A stretch of 64,000 nt of DNA from an uncultured delta proteobacterium (GCA_963772835.1 CAVYYZ010000011.1:320001-384000); one strand, 5' to 3'; positions 40,856 to 52,409 are shown, numbered from the stretch's first letter. Notes: a model not told the origin generated them from the sequence alone. Program-made: numbers and translations.

Positions 40856-42586
40856 ATGTTGTATTCACGTTATTTTATACCGACCATCAAGGAAACTCCT
40901 TCCGACGCAGAAGTGATCTCTCACCAGCTTATGCTGAGGGCCGGGATGATCCGGAAACTTGCATCCGGAATTTACAACTACCTGCCCCTTGGGCTGCGTT
41001 CGATACGTAAATTCGAGAACATCGTACGTGAAGAGATGAACAAAGCCGATGCCATCGAGATGCTGATGCCGAGTGTCCAGCCGGCCGAACTGTGGCAGGA
41101 ATCAGGCCGCTGGGCATTTTACGGTAAAGAACTGTTGCGTTTTAAAGACCGTAAGGAGGCGGAATTTTGTATGGGTCCGACTCACGAAGAGGTCATTACC
41201 GACATGGTACGTCGTGAGATTAAAAGCTACCGTCAGATGCCGATTAATTTCTATCAGATTCAGACTAAATTCCGTGACGAGATCCGCCCTCGCTTTGGCC
41301 TGATGCGTGGCCGTGAGTTCATCATGAAAGACGCATACTCCTTTGATGTAGACAGTTCTGCCGCGGATTTATCCTACAACAAGATGTATAACGCCTATAT
41401 GCGCATTTTCGAGCGGTGCGGCCTCAATTTCAGGGCGGTAGAAGCCGATACCGGTAGTATTGGCGGCTCATCCTCACATGAATTCATGGTGCTTGCAGAG
41501 TCCGGCGAAGATGCAATTGTTTCCTGCAGTGCATGCCGGTACGCCGCGAATGTTGAAAAAGCTGAATCTCCATTGTTTACAGTGCAATGCGACACAACTC
41601 CTGATGTGTTACAGAAGATTCTGACACCTGAGATGAAAACTATCGCCGATGTAGCGGCTTTCCTGAATCTTCCATCGGATAAAACCATAAAAACACTCGT
41701 ATACGCTTCAGATAATAGTGATCTGGTTATGGCGCTGTTGCGGGGAGATCATGAGCTTAACGAACTTAAGCTTAAGAATCATCTGGGGTGGGCCGAAATA
41801 GGAATGGCTACCGAAGAGCAGATTTATTCCTGTACCGGTTCACCTGTCGGTTTTCTTGGGCCTATCAGTCTCAAAAAGGATATTCCGGTCATTGCCGACC
41901 TGGTTCTCCAGGATATGCGCAATGTTGTGATAGGTGCAAATGAAAAGGATCTGCATTATATCAATGCCAATCTCGGTCGGGATTTTGAGGTTACCGGGTT
42001 TGTCGATATCCGGACTGTTGCCGCCGGCGACGCCTGCCCGCGCTGCGATACCGGTCAACTTGAGATGTGGCGCGGAATTGAAGTCGGGCATGTGTTTAAG
42101 CTGGGGACCAAATATTCCAAGGCACTGAACGCTACGTATCTTGATGCCAATGGCAAAGAACAGATTATATTCATGGGATGTTACGGTATCGGCATTGGCC
42201 GCACCGTTGCAGCGGCAATTGAGCAGAACCATGATGAAAACGGCATCATATTCCCGCTCCCGCTCGCTCCCTTCCACTGTTCGGTTGTTGCGATAAACAC
42301 CAAAGATGCAGGTGTTATGGCTGCAGCCGAAGAAATATATTTCTGCCTCGAAAAACTGGGGGTAGAGGTGCTTTTTGATGATCGCGACGAACGTCCCGGT
42401 GTAAAGTTTAAAGATAACGATTTGATCGGAATTCCGCTCCGGATAGTTGTCGGCAGTAAAGGGTTGGCCGAGGGAAATGTTGAAGTAAAAATACGCTCGA
42501 CAGGCGAAGTTCTGACGCTTTCACTGGACAAAGTGGCAACAACAGTTAAAAAACTGATAGATGAAGCACAGGTGCACTCAGAATAG
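40856..42586 (+). CDS. proS: Proline--tRNA ligase
   Basis: SHQLMLRAG, GPTHEE, KFRDEIRPRFG, GIEVGHVFKLG, MGCYGIG; includes the INS editing domain. Confidence 0.97.
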   Translation: MLYSRYFIPTIKETPSDAEVISHQLMLRAGMIRKLASGIYNYLPLGLRSIRKFENIVREEMNKADAIEMLMPSVQPAELWQESGRWAFYGKELLRFKDRKEAEFCMGPTHEEVITDMVRREIKSYRQMPINFYQIQTKFRDEIRPRFGLMRGREFIMKDAYSFDVDSSAADLSYNKMYNAYMRIFERCGLNFRAVEADTGSIGGSSSHEFMVLAESGEDAIVSCSACRYAANVEKAESPLFTVQCDTTPDVLQKILTPEMKTIADVAAFLNLPSDKTIKTLVYASDNSDLVMALLRGDHELNELKLKNHLGWAEIGMATEEQIYSCTGSPVGFLGPISLKKDIPVIADLVLQDMRNVVIGANEKDLHYINANLGRDFEVTGFVDIRTVAAGDACPRCDTGQLEMWRGIEVGHVFKLGTKYSKALNATYLDANGKEQIIFMGCYGIGIGRTVAAAIEQNHDENGIIFPLPLAPFHCSVVAINTKDAGVMAAAEEIYFCLEKLGVEVLFDDRDERPGVKFKDNDLIGIPLRIVVGSKGLAEGNVEVKIRSTGEVLTLSLDKVATTVKKLIDEAQVHSE

Positions 42587-42620
42587 CCGGCAACGGAGCT
42601 CGTTTTCCCCATTACTATGT

Positions 42621-42661
42621 AAGCCGCTCACCAGCTGTGATGCTGTGGAGCGGCTTTTTTT
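42621..42661 (+). terminator. Rho-independent terminator after proS
   Basis: AAGCCGCTC...GAGCGGC followed by T7. Confidence 0.7.
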
Positions 42662-42724
42662 CGAATGTTTTATTCCAATCGTTTATACTTGACGAAATAA
42701 CCCGCAACAAAAAGAAGGTAACAA

Positions 42725-43186
42725 ATGACTACCAGAAAACTATCGGCAGGCGACATTATTGAAGCCCGTTGTACCAAGTGTCGTGAAGTGCTGAATCACA
42801 GAATTGTTGCCATGGTTGAAGAAAAAGTCGTACGGGTTGAATGCAACACGTGTAACGGTGTTCACAACTATCATGCACCTCCAAAAGTAAAAGAGGCTAA
42901 AGTCCCGCGGGCCGCAGCCGCAAGCAAAGCCAGCAAAGGTCCATCAGTCACGCGAGCATCAAAAAAGGACCCTTCAGAAATCGAGCGTGAAGAGTGGGCA
43001 TCACTCAACCCTACTTTTGATCTTGCTAAAGCACTCCCCTACGACATGAACGGAAGATATCTGACCAAACGCCTGATACTTCACCCTGTTTTCGGGCTTG
43101 GCATAGTAAAATCCGTCACCGTTCCGAATAAGATGCAGGTCCTCTTTAAAGAAGGGATCAAACTGCTTCGTTGCCAGTACATCTAA
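42725..43186 (+). CDS. Hypothetical protein with an N-terminal CxxC...CxxC motif
   Basis: Clean ORF with RBS; CTKC and CNTC; C-terminal HPVFGLG motif. Confidence 0.7.
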   Translation: MTTRKLSAGDIIEARCTKCREVLNHRIVAMVEEKVVRVECNTCNGVHNYHAPPKVKEAKVPRAAAASKASKGPSVTRASKKDPSEIEREEWASLNPTFDLAKALPYDMNGRYLTKRLILHPVFGLGIVKSVTVPNKMQVLFKEGIKLLRCQYI

Positions 43187-43306
43187 TTAATAAAAATTGC
43201 CTTGATTTGTAGTGATTTTTGAATTACTAAATTATTTCAGTTCTGTATACACACTTGCAATCTGTGCCACATATCGACCACCCACCATCAGAAAAGGAGA
43301 GTACCG

Positions 43307-44932
43307 ATGTCTGTCAAGCCGTTTGTTTATCAGGATCCTTTCCCGCTTGCGAAAGATGAAACAACATACCGCAAAATCGAAGGTTCAGAAAAATATATAC
43401 TGGTCGAGAAATTCGCCGGTACAGATGTGGTGAGAGTATGCCCTGAGGCTCTTTCAATACTTGCCAATGAAGCCATGCGTGATGTCTCTTTTCTGCTTCG
43501 CCCGGCACACAATGAGCAGGTTGCCTCCATCCTCAGTGATCCGGACGCTTCCATAAACGACAAGGGGGTGGCACTGGCTTTCCTGCGCAATTCCGAGATT
43601 GCCGCCCGCTTTGATCTGCCGGTTTGTCAGGATACCGGCACTGCAACGGTCGCCGCAAAAAAAGGGCAGCAGATCTGGACCGGTGTCAAGGACGAGGAGT
43701 GGCTTTCCAAAGGAATCTACAAAACCTATACGGAAGAGAACCTTCGCTACTCGCAGACTGTACCGCTTGATATGTATGAAGAGATCAACACAGGAACCAA
43801 TCTGCCGGCCCAGATCGACATTCTTGCAACTGACGGCGATTACTATAAATTTGTGTTTATGGCAAAAGGTGGCGGTTCAGCGAACAAGACCATGCTCTAT
43901 CAGGAAACAAAAGCGCTTCTGACACCGGACAAACTGTTCAAGTATCTGGTTGAAAAGATGAAATATCTCGGCACGGCTGCCTGCCCGCCGTACCATATAG
44001 CTTTTGTTGTCGGCGGAACCTCAGCCGATGCCTGCATGAAAACGGTCAAGCTGGCGACAGCCAAAGAATTGGACGGACTTCCAATCTCGGGAAATGAGCA
44101 TGGTCAGGCTTTTCGCGACGTCGAGCTTGAAAAAAGGCTGCTGGAAGCCGCTCAGAAGCTTGGTATCGGAGCTCAGTTTGGCGGCAAATATTTTGCCCAT
44201 GATGTCCGTGTCATCCGTTTACCCCGGCACGGTGCTTCCTGTCCGGTCGGCATGGCAGTTTCGTGCTCGGCTGACCGCAACATCAAGGCAAAAATCACCA
44301 AAGATGGTCTGTTTATAGAGGAGATGGACCGAAATCCGGGGCGTCTGATTCCTGCGCAGTATCGCGGCAAGCACGAACACGGCGTCAAAATAGACCTGAA
44401 CAAGCCTATGACAGAGATTCTTGCCGAACTGTCCAAACATCCGGTTTCCACACCACTTCTCCTTTCTGGTACCATCGTGGTCGGCCGGGATATCGCGCAC
44501 GCCAAATTCAAAGAGATTATGGACAGCGGCAAGCCGCTTCCCGAATACCTGCTCAATCATCCGATATACTATGCCGGCCCGGCCAAGACCCCCCCAGGCA
44601 AGGCGTCAGGATCGTTTGGTCCTACTACAGCCGGCCGGATGGATTCATATGTTGATGAACTCCAGTCAAAGGGTGGCTCATTGATCATGATAGCAAAAGG
44701 GAACCGCAGCCAGCAGGTGACAGACGCCTGCAAAAAATACGGCGGCTTCTATCTCGGTTCAATCGGCGGACCTGCTGCAGTTCTGGCTGAAGAGAATATC
44801 AAAAAGGTTGAATGCATTGACTTTCCGGAATTGGGAATGGAAGCGGTCTGGAAGATTGAGGTGGAAAACTTCCCTGCCTTTATTCTTGTTGATGACAAGG
44901 GCACGGACTTTTTTAAACAGCTTGGTTTGTAG
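43307..44932 (+). CDS. Fumarate hydratase class I
   Basis: [37 protein letters not shown]. Confidence 0.96.
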   Translation: MSVKPFVYQDPFPLAKDETTYRKIEGSEKYILVEKFAGTDVVRVCPEALSILANEAMRDVSFLLRPAHNEQVASILSDPDASINDKGVALAFLRNSEIAARFDLPVCQDTGTATVAAKKGQQIWTGVKDEEWLSKGIYKTYTEENLRYSQTVPLDMYEEINTGTNLPAQIDILATDGDYYKFVFMAKGGGSANKTMLYQETKALLTPDKLFKYLVEKMKYLGTAACPPYHIAFVVGGTSADACMKTVKLATAKELDGLPISGNEHGQAFRDVELEKRLLEAAQKLGIGAQFGGKYFAHDVRVIRLPRHGASCPVGMAVSCSADRNIKAKITKDGLFIEEMDRNPGRLIPAQYRGKHEHGVKIDLNKPMTEILAELSKHPVSTPLLLSGTIVVGRDIAHAKFKEIMDSGKPLPEYLLNHPIYYAGPAKTPPGKASGSFGPTTAGRMDSYVDELQSKGGSLIMIAKGNRSQQVTDACKKYGGFYLGSIGGPAAVLAEENIKKVECIDFPELGMEAVWKIEVENFPAFILVDDKGTDFFKQLGL

Positions 44933-44948
44933 TCGGCTCAAATAGACT

Positions 44949-44991
44949 CACACAAAAGCCCCTCGTGATGTGTACGCGGGGCTTTTGTGTG
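44949..44991. terminator. Bidirectional terminator between fumarase and recC
   Basis: CACACAAAAGCCCC...GGGGCTTTTGTGTG inverted repeat. Confidence 0.75.
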
Positions 44992-45003
44992 GGGTACAGC
45001 AGC

Positions 45004-48000
45004 TTACTTTTTCATGATTGCAACAAGCGGACCGTATATCCGCTTCGACAGCGCACTGAACTCTTCACCCCACGGGTCCTCGCAGCCAAAACAGAGGGCC
45101 ACCGCCTGATTGTCACATTCTCCGGGTAATCCGATCCTCTGATCACCACGCCAGGACCTTTCCGCCTTTAGTTGCCCATCTTTTATGAAAAGCCAGGACG
45201 TTTCAGGAAAGAAACGGAGCGGCCTCTTCATCCCTTCGCAATAGAGATCAAGTAGATCATTCAGAATATCCGAAGCATGTTCGACCGGTGGCAGTTCCAG
45301 AGTCATATCAGATGCAATTATCATACTCTGAAGAGGGTAACCGTCGGTTTTTGCGATGTTAAGAATCAGGTGATCAAGCCAGATTGAGAGCATGTCCTTA
45401 CCCTTCATCACTGCATTTCGCCAGCGGATATGCTTACCGCTCCGACAGTTATCAAGAACTGCAAGCAGCTGAATTCTGTCGCCGGTACATGTGATTGAAA
45501 GCGCTTCCAGTGGATGGCCGAGTCGTGGCTCAAGCATCGCGGCAAACTGACGGCTCCTCTCCCAGACGGCATCAAATGCAGCCGTGCCGGCTGCCAGAGG
45601 TGGAAGTAACCCGCGTGAGCGGACAGCAGACAGGCATTCATCATATCCGCTTCCCTTCAGTAGAGCGCTCACCAGATCCTGTGACAGGCTGTAGCGTGAT
45701 AACGAGTCCAATTCAAACGGTTCAGAGTCATCAGGTTCCTCCACCGGATTGAATGGTGTAACTCGAAGTCGCTGGTCAAGAAAAGCGGTGGACGGATTTG
45801 CCAGAAAGCGACGCATCTGCTGCAGGTCTATCTGATGGACCGATGTACTGTCTAATGCAAGAGGCCCACTGGTAAACTCACGAATGCTTCGCCCACATGC
45901 ACGTCTTGATTCAATTGCCTGACAGGTTTCCCTGTCGTAACTGAACAGGTGGCCAGGATCGGAATTGTCAAAATAAATGGGGCTGAATCCCTGAAGGGGA
46001 TGCCGGACAAAAATTGACGCTGCTGTTTTGCCATCAGACCGGATGAATCCATTAGAAATATAGTCGATCAGTTCGGCGATCAGGACCGATGGCGGTATAC
46101 TACTGTTATCACGATCACTTTGTCCGTTATAGCTGATGCAAAAGCGATCTTCTGCCGCCATAAGAGCCTCAAGAAACAGATAGCGATCTTCATCTCGTAA
46201 AGAGCGGTCTCCGCGTCGTCTGGCACCGTTCATCAGGCTGAATCCCGGAGGTCTCTCGGTTCGTGGGAACTGTCCGTCATTCATTCCGGCAAGCCAGATT
46301 ACGCGCATCGGAATACTTCGCATTGGTAACATGGCGCAAAACGTAATCGAACCTCCCATGAATCCGTAGCCGCCGCCACTTCTGGCCACAGTTTCAGCAA
46401 GATGGTCGCGCACTGCATCGAGTGTTATGGTCTGCCTGAAGCCGTAGAGCGATGAAGCCTCACGAAGCGAATGTAAGGCCTTGGCAATTACGAGAGGTCC
46501 AGTGGAGTCGTTTTCATCGGCCAGAAGCATCTGCACAACGGTATCTGTGAAGATGTCAGCCCATTCAGGGAGTGTATGAGGTACACGCATCCGGTTGATG
46601 CTATCACTGACAGTTGTAATGAATCCTGATAGTTTACCCAGTACCTCTGCCTGACGCCCTGAGCAGGCAGGGTAGGGCAGAATGCCATCAAATGTAGTAG
46701 ATTCATCCGCCGACATGGCATAACCGAGAAACAGTTTATCCAGACCGTTTTTCCAACTAAAATCAGAATAGTGCGGAAATCCTAGATTCGCCCGGTGCTC
46801 TGCGTCAACTCCCCATCGCACATTGCAGTCCGTAAGCCAGCTTCTGATTGCAATAAGTTCGTCTGCGTCGAGATCAAATCGGGTCATAACAGCACGATGT
46901 TCCAGAAGAGCCAGGATTTCATGGAGCGCAAATCGTCCTGACACTGTATCAAGAATTTTGAGAAAGGCTTCGACAAAAAGGCTTTCCTGACGGACGCTTC
47001 GATCCGAAATTGTATAGGGAAGCTGCGTCCTGCCTGTTGAACGACTGCCGAAAACCGAGCTGATATAGGGTGCGTACGCTTCTATATCCGGAATCATTAC
47101 AACTATATGACGCGGCTCCAGATCAGGTAGCTCGTCAAACTGTGCCAACAGATTGTCGTAAAGAATCTCCATCTCACGGAGCATTCCGTGGCACGAATGA
47201 ATCTGGAGTGAATGGTCTTCTAAAGCAACAACACCCATAGCTTCGCTTGAAGGTCTGTCAAAAAGGGTGATGATGTCGTTTTGAACAGCGGACAGAAGAG
47301 AGGGGGAGGCAACACTATGTGGGATAGAATGTTCCGGTGCATTGTCAAGTTCTTCTACTTCGAAGCCGAAACCCAGAAGTGTCTCGAAAAATTCCTGGCC
47401 TAATGTGCCGAGTGAAGAAAGAAGCGGGTTGCCGGTCTCGAAATATTCTTCCGCTTCCGGTGGAAGCCCTGACTGCAGAGTTATTTGAGACTTGTTTTTC
47501 CTGGAGATGATCGTTCCCCAGTACTCCCCGCAGGGATTCAGCAGATAGCAGGTCACATCACAATAGGTAGAAAGCAATCGTAGCGCTTCCAGATGGAACG
47601 GGGGGAGATAGGATATGCCAAACAGAGAGACCCGGCGGGGTAAAATGCCGTCAGGCGCTGCGCCGCTTGAAACGTGACAGTGCAGCGCTTTCAGCATAGC
47701 CGCACGGTGGATTCCAGGACAGTCGCGGTTGATCGCGCGCCATAAATGCGCCTGCCAGTCGTTGGCATTGCCATCGTCCCAGGCAAGGACCATTTCCGGC
47801 CGGAATATCGTATACTGATCGAAGCAGGAGGCGATGGATCGGGAAATCTGCAGCAGGCGACGATCGTCGCGCCCATCCCCCAGATAGGTTGCTATCTGCT
47901 CAAAACCATCCTGTTGAGACAGTGAAGGGAGTTGTGAAGCGATGCGCCAGGTCAATGATGTCTGGGTGAAAAGGGACGAAGAATGAATCCTCGGAAGCAC

Positions 48001-48228
48001 CGCTGCGAAGCTCCGGTCGAGAAAGTCGTTCGGAAAGCTGAATTCAAGGCCGGCAGATACCCCCAGCCGGTCGGCAAGTTCCATCGACATCCAGCGAGAC
48101 ATGCCGTTACTGAGGACAACGATATTATCTTTTTCCAGCGGCGACGGTGGAGAGGAACAGAGGTTGTCAGCAAAGGCTTCAAGCAGGCGTCGTTGAGAGC
48201 AGCTGGTAATGAGTCTAAGTGTCGACAT
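45004..48228 (-). CDS. recC: Exodeoxyribonuclease V gamma subunit
   Basis: FDQYTIFRP, FGIS, NPC.EYW, NPLL.SLG, HSCH...RE.EIL, PMRSIP, RRGDRS.RDEDRYLFLEAL, HPLQ.FSP.YF. Confidence 0.93.
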   Translation of the reverse strand: MSTLRLITSCSQRRLLEAFADNLCSSPPSPLEKDNIVVLSNGMSRWMSMELADRLGVSAGLEFSFPNDFLDRSFAAVLPRIHSSSLFTQTSLTWRIASQLPSLSQQDGFEQIATYLGDGRDDRRLLQISRSIASCFDQYTIFRPEMVLAWDDGNANDWQAHLWRAINRDCPGIHRAAMLKALHCHVSSGAAPDGILPRRVSLFGISYLPPFHLEALRLLSTYCDVTCYLLNPCGEYWGTIISRKNKSQITLQSGLPPEAEEYFETGNPLLSSLGTLGQEFFETLLGFGFEVEELDNAPEHSIPHSVASPSLLSAVQNDIITLFDRPSSEAMGVVALEDHSLQIHSCHGMLREMEILYDNLLAQFDELPDLEPRHIVVMIPDIEAYAPYISSVFGSRSTGRTQLPYTISDRSVRQESLFVEAFLKILDTVSGRFALHEILALLEHRAVMTRFDLDADELIAIRSWLTDCNVRWGVDAEHRANLGFPHYSDFSWKNGLDKLFLGYAMSADESTTFDGILPYPACSGRQAEVLGKLSGFITTVSDSINRMRVPHTLPEWADIFTDTVVQMLLADENDSTGPLVIAKALHSLREASSLYGFRQTITLDAVRDHLAETVARSGGGYGFMGGSITFCAMLPMRSIPMRVIWLAGMNDGQFPRTERPPGFSLMNGARRRGDRSLRDEDRYLFLEALMAAEDRFCISYNGQSDRDNSSIPPSVLIAELIDYISNGFIRSDGKTAASIFVRHPLQGFSPIYFDNSDPGHLFSYDRETCQAIESRRACGRSIREFTSGPLALDSTSVHQIDLQQMRRFLANPSTAFLDQRLRVTPFNPVEEPDDSEPFELDSLSRYSLSQDLVSALLKGSGYDECLSAVRSRGLLPPLAAGTAAFDAVWERSRQFAAMLEPRLGHPLEALSITCTGDRIQLLAVLDNCRSGKHIRWRNAVMKGKDMLSIWLDHLILNIAKTDGYPLQSMIIASDMTLELPPVEHASDILNDLLDLYCEGMKRPLRFFPETSWLFIKDGQLKAERSWRGDQRIGLPGECDNQAVALCFGCEDPWGEEFSALSKRIYGPLVAIMKK

Positions 48229-48343
48229 GCACCAAACTATACCGGAATTGGCTGGACAAACAAGCAGGAATTACGGTATGTGAACGTTAAGAAGCATTCC
48301 GTCGGATATTCAGGACGAAAGTAGTTTAGCGGAGGTAGTTTAA

Positions 48344-49222
48344 GTGCTCAAAAGCATGACAGGATATGGTAAAGGGGAAACATCTGAACCGACCGGTATT
48401 TTTATGGTCGAGATTCGCTCAGTCAACCATCGCTACGGTGAAATTTCGGTCCGGATGCCGCGAGCGTTTTATGAAATTGAAAATGAGGTAAAGCGATTGG
48501 CGGGTTCGGTACTCAAGCGGGGCAAGATTGACATATCGGTTCAGTGGGATGAAACTGCTACCGCCAATTCTGCGCCGCAACTGGACATGGATGTCGCGAG
48601 GGGGTATTACGAAGCCTATTCTCGTTTGGCAAAAGAGCTAAACCTGCCGCAGGATGCCCCCCCGTCATATATCATGTCTCTAAAAGGCGTAATGAAAGAG
48701 GGCACCGTTTCTGTTGATACAACAGAATTGCAACCTCAGCTTCTGGCCGCTGTTCAAGCCGCCGTTTCATCACTTGACGGAATGCGGCTCCGGGAAGGTG
48801 AGGCCCTAGCGGTTGACCTGCAGGCCAGAAGGCTGCAGATTGCCGAGTGGTCGAACATTATAGGGGAGCGGACGCCACAGGTTGTGATGGAATACCGGCT
48901 GAAACTAAAAACGCGGTTGGAACAGCTGCTTGAAGGTTCTGAAATGGATGAAGGCAGGCTCTCACAGGAATTGGCTCTTTTGGCCGACCGCTCGGATATA
49001 ACAGAAGAACTTGTTCGCCTTTCGAGCCATTATATGCAGTTTGACGAGGCCCTCAGTAGTTCCGAACCGGTAGGCCGGAAACTTGATTTCCTGATGCAGG
49101 AAATGAATCGTGAAATTAATACGATCGGTTCAAAATCAAACGATGCCGGTATTACGAACATGGTTATCAAGATTAAGGCTGAAATGGAAAAAATGCGGGA
49201 GCAGATTCAAAACGTTGAATAA
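48344..49222 (+). CDS. yicC: YicC/YloC family endoribonuclease
   Basis: SMTGYG, SVNHRY, GRKLDFL.QEMNRE.NTIGSK, REQIQNVE. Confidence 0.93.
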   Translation: MLKSMTGYGKGETSEPTGIFMVEIRSVNHRYGEISVRMPRAFYEIENEVKRLAGSVLKRGKIDISVQWDETATANSAPQLDMDVARGYYEAYSRLAKELNLPQDAPPSYIMSLKGVMKEGTVSVDTTELQPQLLAAVQAAVSSLDGMRLREGEALAVDLQARRLQIAEWSNIIGERTPQVVMEYRLKLKTRLEQLLEGSEMDEGRLSQELALLADRSDITEELVRLSSHYMQFDEALSSSEPVGRKLDFLMQEMNREINTIGSKSNDAGITNMVIKIKAEMEKMREQIQNVE

Positions 49223-49272
49223 TGGTATAGTCTAACGTGATTATACCCAATACATTAAATAAAGGCTGATTC

Positions 49273-49881
49273 ATGAGACAAGAGGGACTAACTATTATTC
49301 TTTCTGCTCCGTCCGGTGCCGGAAAGACATCGCTGTGTCGTGAGCTGTTTAAAATTTTCCCCGATATTAGAGAATCAGTAAGTTATACTACACGGAAGCC
49401 GAGACCGGGTGAAGTTGAAGGTGAGGCCTATCATTTCGTTTCAAATGAAGAATTTACGCGAATGGTCGATGAAGACGCTTTTGCCGAATGGGCTCTGGTT
49501 CATGGCAATATGTACGGAACCGCACTGAGTACGCTTGAAGAAGCTCGAAAAAAAGGTATTGATCTGGTTCTGGATATCGATTGTCAGGGTGCACTTAAAC
49601 TGAAGGAACAATTTGATGGCGGAATATATATTTTTATTTTGCCGCCCAGTATCTCTGAGTTGAGGAGACGGCTTGAAAGCCGTTCATCAGATGTTCAAGA
49701 GGTAATCGAGCGGCGTATTCACAGGGCTGCAGATGAAATTAAAGAGTCACGTTGGTATGACTACATAATATTTAATGATGTATTTGAAACTGCCTGTCAG
49801 GAATTGGCGGCCATAGTTATAGCCCATCGCCGCAAAACCTTCAGAATGATGGAAAAAGTAGGAAAACTGTTTGATCTCTGA
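49273..49881 (+). CDS. gmk: Guanylate kinase
   Basis: SAPSGAGKT, TTRKPRPGE, YGT, DIDCQGA, FILPPS. Confidence 0.96.
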   Translation: MRQEGLTIILSAPSGAGKTSLCRELFKIFPDIRESVSYTTRKPRPGEVEGEAYHFVSNEEFTRMVDEDAFAEWALVHGNMYGTALSTLEEARKKGIDLVLDIDCQGALKLKEQFDGGIYIFILPPSISELRRRLESRSSDVQEVIERRIHRAADEIKESRWYDYIIFNDVFETACQELAAIVIAHRRKTFRMMEKVGKLFDL

Positions 49882-49934
49882 AATGATTTAGCGTATGGTT
49901 TCCGTTCATCTAAAGTGCAGTAAGGAGGCAATAT

Positions 49935-50141
49935 ATGGCTCGAGTAACAGTTGAAGATTGTCTGGAAAAAGTTGAAAACAGGTTCCAGCTCGTAATACTG
50001 GCATCAAAGCGGGTAAAGCAGCTCTATAAAGGAGCGCAACCGTTGATTGATTCAAAAAATAACCGCCAGGTTGTCACTGCTCTCCGTGAAATTGCTGCCG
50101 GTAAAATCGGTTACGAGGTTTCAAAAAAACAGCGCGTTTAA
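49935..50141 (+). CDS. rpoZ: RNA polymerase omega subunit
   Basis: [20 protein letters not shown]; gmk-rpoZ-spoT gene order. Confidence 0.96.
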   Translation: MARVTVEDCLEKVENRFQLVILASKRVKQLYKGAQPLIDSKNNRQVVTALREIAAGKIGYEVSKKQRV

Positions 50142-50154
50142 CCTGCCACTCCGG

Positions 50155-50191
50155 GTGGAACTGGAATTTATTCCGGTTTCACCTTTTTTTT
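50155..50191 (+). terminator. Stem-loop with T-tract after rpoZ
   Basis: GGTGGAACTGGAA-tta-TTCCGGTTTCACC-type stem followed by a T run. Confidence 0.6.
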
Positions 50192-50242
50192 ATCCACTCC
50201 TCGTACATTCCCACAATGTCTTCTACAGGCGACCAATAGCGT

Positions 50243-52393
50243 ATGATCCGGCTCAACGACATTCTTGATAAAGTTTCAGCGTATAATCCGACGGCAGACC
50301 ATAATCTGATTCGTAAGGCGTACGTGTACTGTGCCAAGGTGCATCAGGGACAGACAAGACTGTCGGGAGAACCGTACATCATTCATCCTATGGAGGTGGC
50401 CGGCCTCCTGGCTGATCTTAAGCTGGATGTTCCCAGTATTGTGACAGGCTTCCTGCATGACACAATCGAAGATACACTGGCAACTTCGGAAGATTTGACC
50501 AGCATGTTCGGAGCTGAGGTGGCCGCACTGGTCGATGGCGTCACCAAAATCAGCAAGATCAACTTTAAAACCAAAGAAGAAAGCCAGGCTGAAAATTTTC
50601 GAAAAATGCTGCTGGCAATGGCCATCGATATTCGCGTTATTCTGGTCAAGCTGGCTGACCGTCTTCACAATATGCGAACGCTGGAGTTTCAGGATGAACT
50701 GAAACAGCGGCGAATAGCCCGTGAAACGATGGATATTTACGCCCCTATCGCCAATAGACTGGGTATTTCATGGGTAAAGGTTGAGCTGGAAGACCTTTCC
50801 TTTCGCTATTTACATCCTGAAATATACTTTGATCTGGTAAAGAAAATATCCCAGAAAAAGCATGAACGTGAAGCGTTTGTTGAAGAAGCAAAAGCTATCA
50901 TAACAGAAAAACTCAAGTTTTATGGTATTAATGGCGAGGTTTCAGGGCGGAGTAAACATCTCTTTTCAATCTATCGAAAGATGGAAAAACGTAATGTTGA
51001 GTTCGAAGAAATCTACGATCTGATTGCAGTACGTATACTGGTTGATGATATCCGTGAATGCTATGAGGTCCTGGGGGTAATACATTCCGCCTGGAAGCCG
51101 ATTCCGGGGCGTTTCAAAGACTATATTGCCATGCCCAAGGGGAATATGTATCAATCCCTGCACACGACTGTCATAGGGCCGCAGGGTGACCGGATGGAGG
51201 TTCAAATCCGGACTCATGAAATGCACAGCGTTGCCGATGCCGGGATCGCGGCACACTGGAAGTATAAAGAGGGCAAAGGGTATGACGAGAAGGAGGTCAA
51301 ACGCTTTGCATGGCTGCGCCAGCTCCTGGAATGGCAGCAGGATCTGCAGGATTCCAAAGAGTTTATGGATTCAGTCAGGGTTGAGTTGTTTACGGAAGAG
51401 GTCTACGTATTTACTCCCAAAGGAGATGTAAAGGGATATCCTAAAGGCTCTACTCCGATAGATTTTGCCTACAGCGTCCATACTGATATCGGGCATCGTT
51501 GTGTTGGTGCTAAGGTTAACGGCAAATTAGTGCCGCTTAAATACGAATTGAAAAATGGCGACATTGTCGAAGTTATAACATCGCCTCATCATACACCCAG
51601 TAAAGATTGGCTGAAAATTGTAAAAAGCTCGAGGGCACGCAATAAAATCAGATCATGGATAAAAGTTGAGGAGCGCAAACGGAGTATTGTTCTGGGACGG
51701 GATATTTGTGAAAAAGATTTTCGCAGATATTCAATTAATCTTCAAAAAATTCAAAAAAGTGGCGAGTTCAAAAAGATAGCTGCAGAATTCGGTTACGCTG
51801 CAGATGATGACTTATTAGCGGCAGTCGGTTATGGCAAAATATCAAGCGGTCAGATTGTCGGTAAACTTCTCCCCGGAGAAAAACTAAAAGAGCGCTCCGA
51901 ACATAAGGAATCAAGACTTGAGTCAGTCATAAATAAGTTGAAGGGCAGATCAAGCAGTGCGGTCGAAATCAGCGGGCTTGATGATGTGCTGGTACGTTTT
52001 GGCAAATGTTGCAATCCGGTGCCCGGGGATGAAATCACTGGCTTTATTACACGGGGAAAAGGTGTGACAGTACATACTTCTGATTGCCAGTTTGCTCTTG
52101 AGAGTGATCCTGAGAGATGTGTCGATGTGGCCTGGAATAAAATCAAAAATGCGGTACTGCCGGTTAAAATCAGGGTGCTGTGCCATGATGTAAAAGGAAT
52201 ATTGGCGACGATCACTCTGGCGATAACAAATTGCGAGGCAAATATTGCCAGTGCCCAGATCCAGAGCACTATTGACCAGCGCGGAGAAAATATTTTTGAG
52301 GTTAATGTTACCGATCTGGTTCATCTGCAAAAAGTAATGAATTCACTTATGAAAATAAAAGGCGTAATTAAAGTGGAAAGGATCAAGCGATAA
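50243..52393 (+). CDS. Bifunctional (p)ppGpp synthetase/hydrolase (RelA/SpoT)
   Basis: H.GQ.R.SGEPY, LHDTIED (intact HD), KLADRLHNMRT, KDYIAMPK, EVQIRT, TGS and ACT domains. Confidence 0.96.
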   Translation: MIRLNDILDKVSAYNPTADHNLIRKAYVYCAKVHQGQTRLSGEPYIIHPMEVAGLLADLKLDVPSIVTGFLHDTIEDTLATSEDLTSMFGAEVAALVDGVTKISKINFKTKEESQAENFRKMLLAMAIDIRVILVKLADRLHNMRTLEFQDELKQRRIARETMDIYAPIANRLGISWVKVELEDLSFRYLHPEIYFDLVKKISQKKHEREAFVEEAKAIITEKLKFYGINGEVSGRSKHLFSIYRKMEKRNVEFEEIYDLIAVRILVDDIRECYEVLGVIHSAWKPIPGRFKDYIAMPKGNMYQSLHTTVIGPQGDRMEVQIRTHEMHSVADAGIAAHWKYKEGKGYDEKEVKRFAWLRQLLEWQQDLQDSKEFMDSVRVELFTEEVYVFTPKGDVKGYPKGSTPIDFAYSVHTDIGHRCVGAKVNGKLVPLKYELKNGDIVEVITSPHHTPSKDWLKIVKSSRARNKIRSWIKVEERKRSIVLGRDICEKDFRRYSINLQKIQKSGEFKKIAAEFGYAADDDLLAAVGYGKISSGQIVGKLLPGEKLKERSEHKESRLESVINKLKGRSSSAVEISGLDDVLVRFGKCCNPVPGDEITGFITRGKGVTVHTSDCQFALESDPERCVDVAWNKIKNAVLPVKIRVLCHDVKGILATITLAITNCEANIASAQIQSTIDQRGENIFEVNVTDLVHLQKVMNSLMKIKGVIKVERIKR

Positions 52394-52409
52394 AGGAAGG
52401 GCCCAAACT

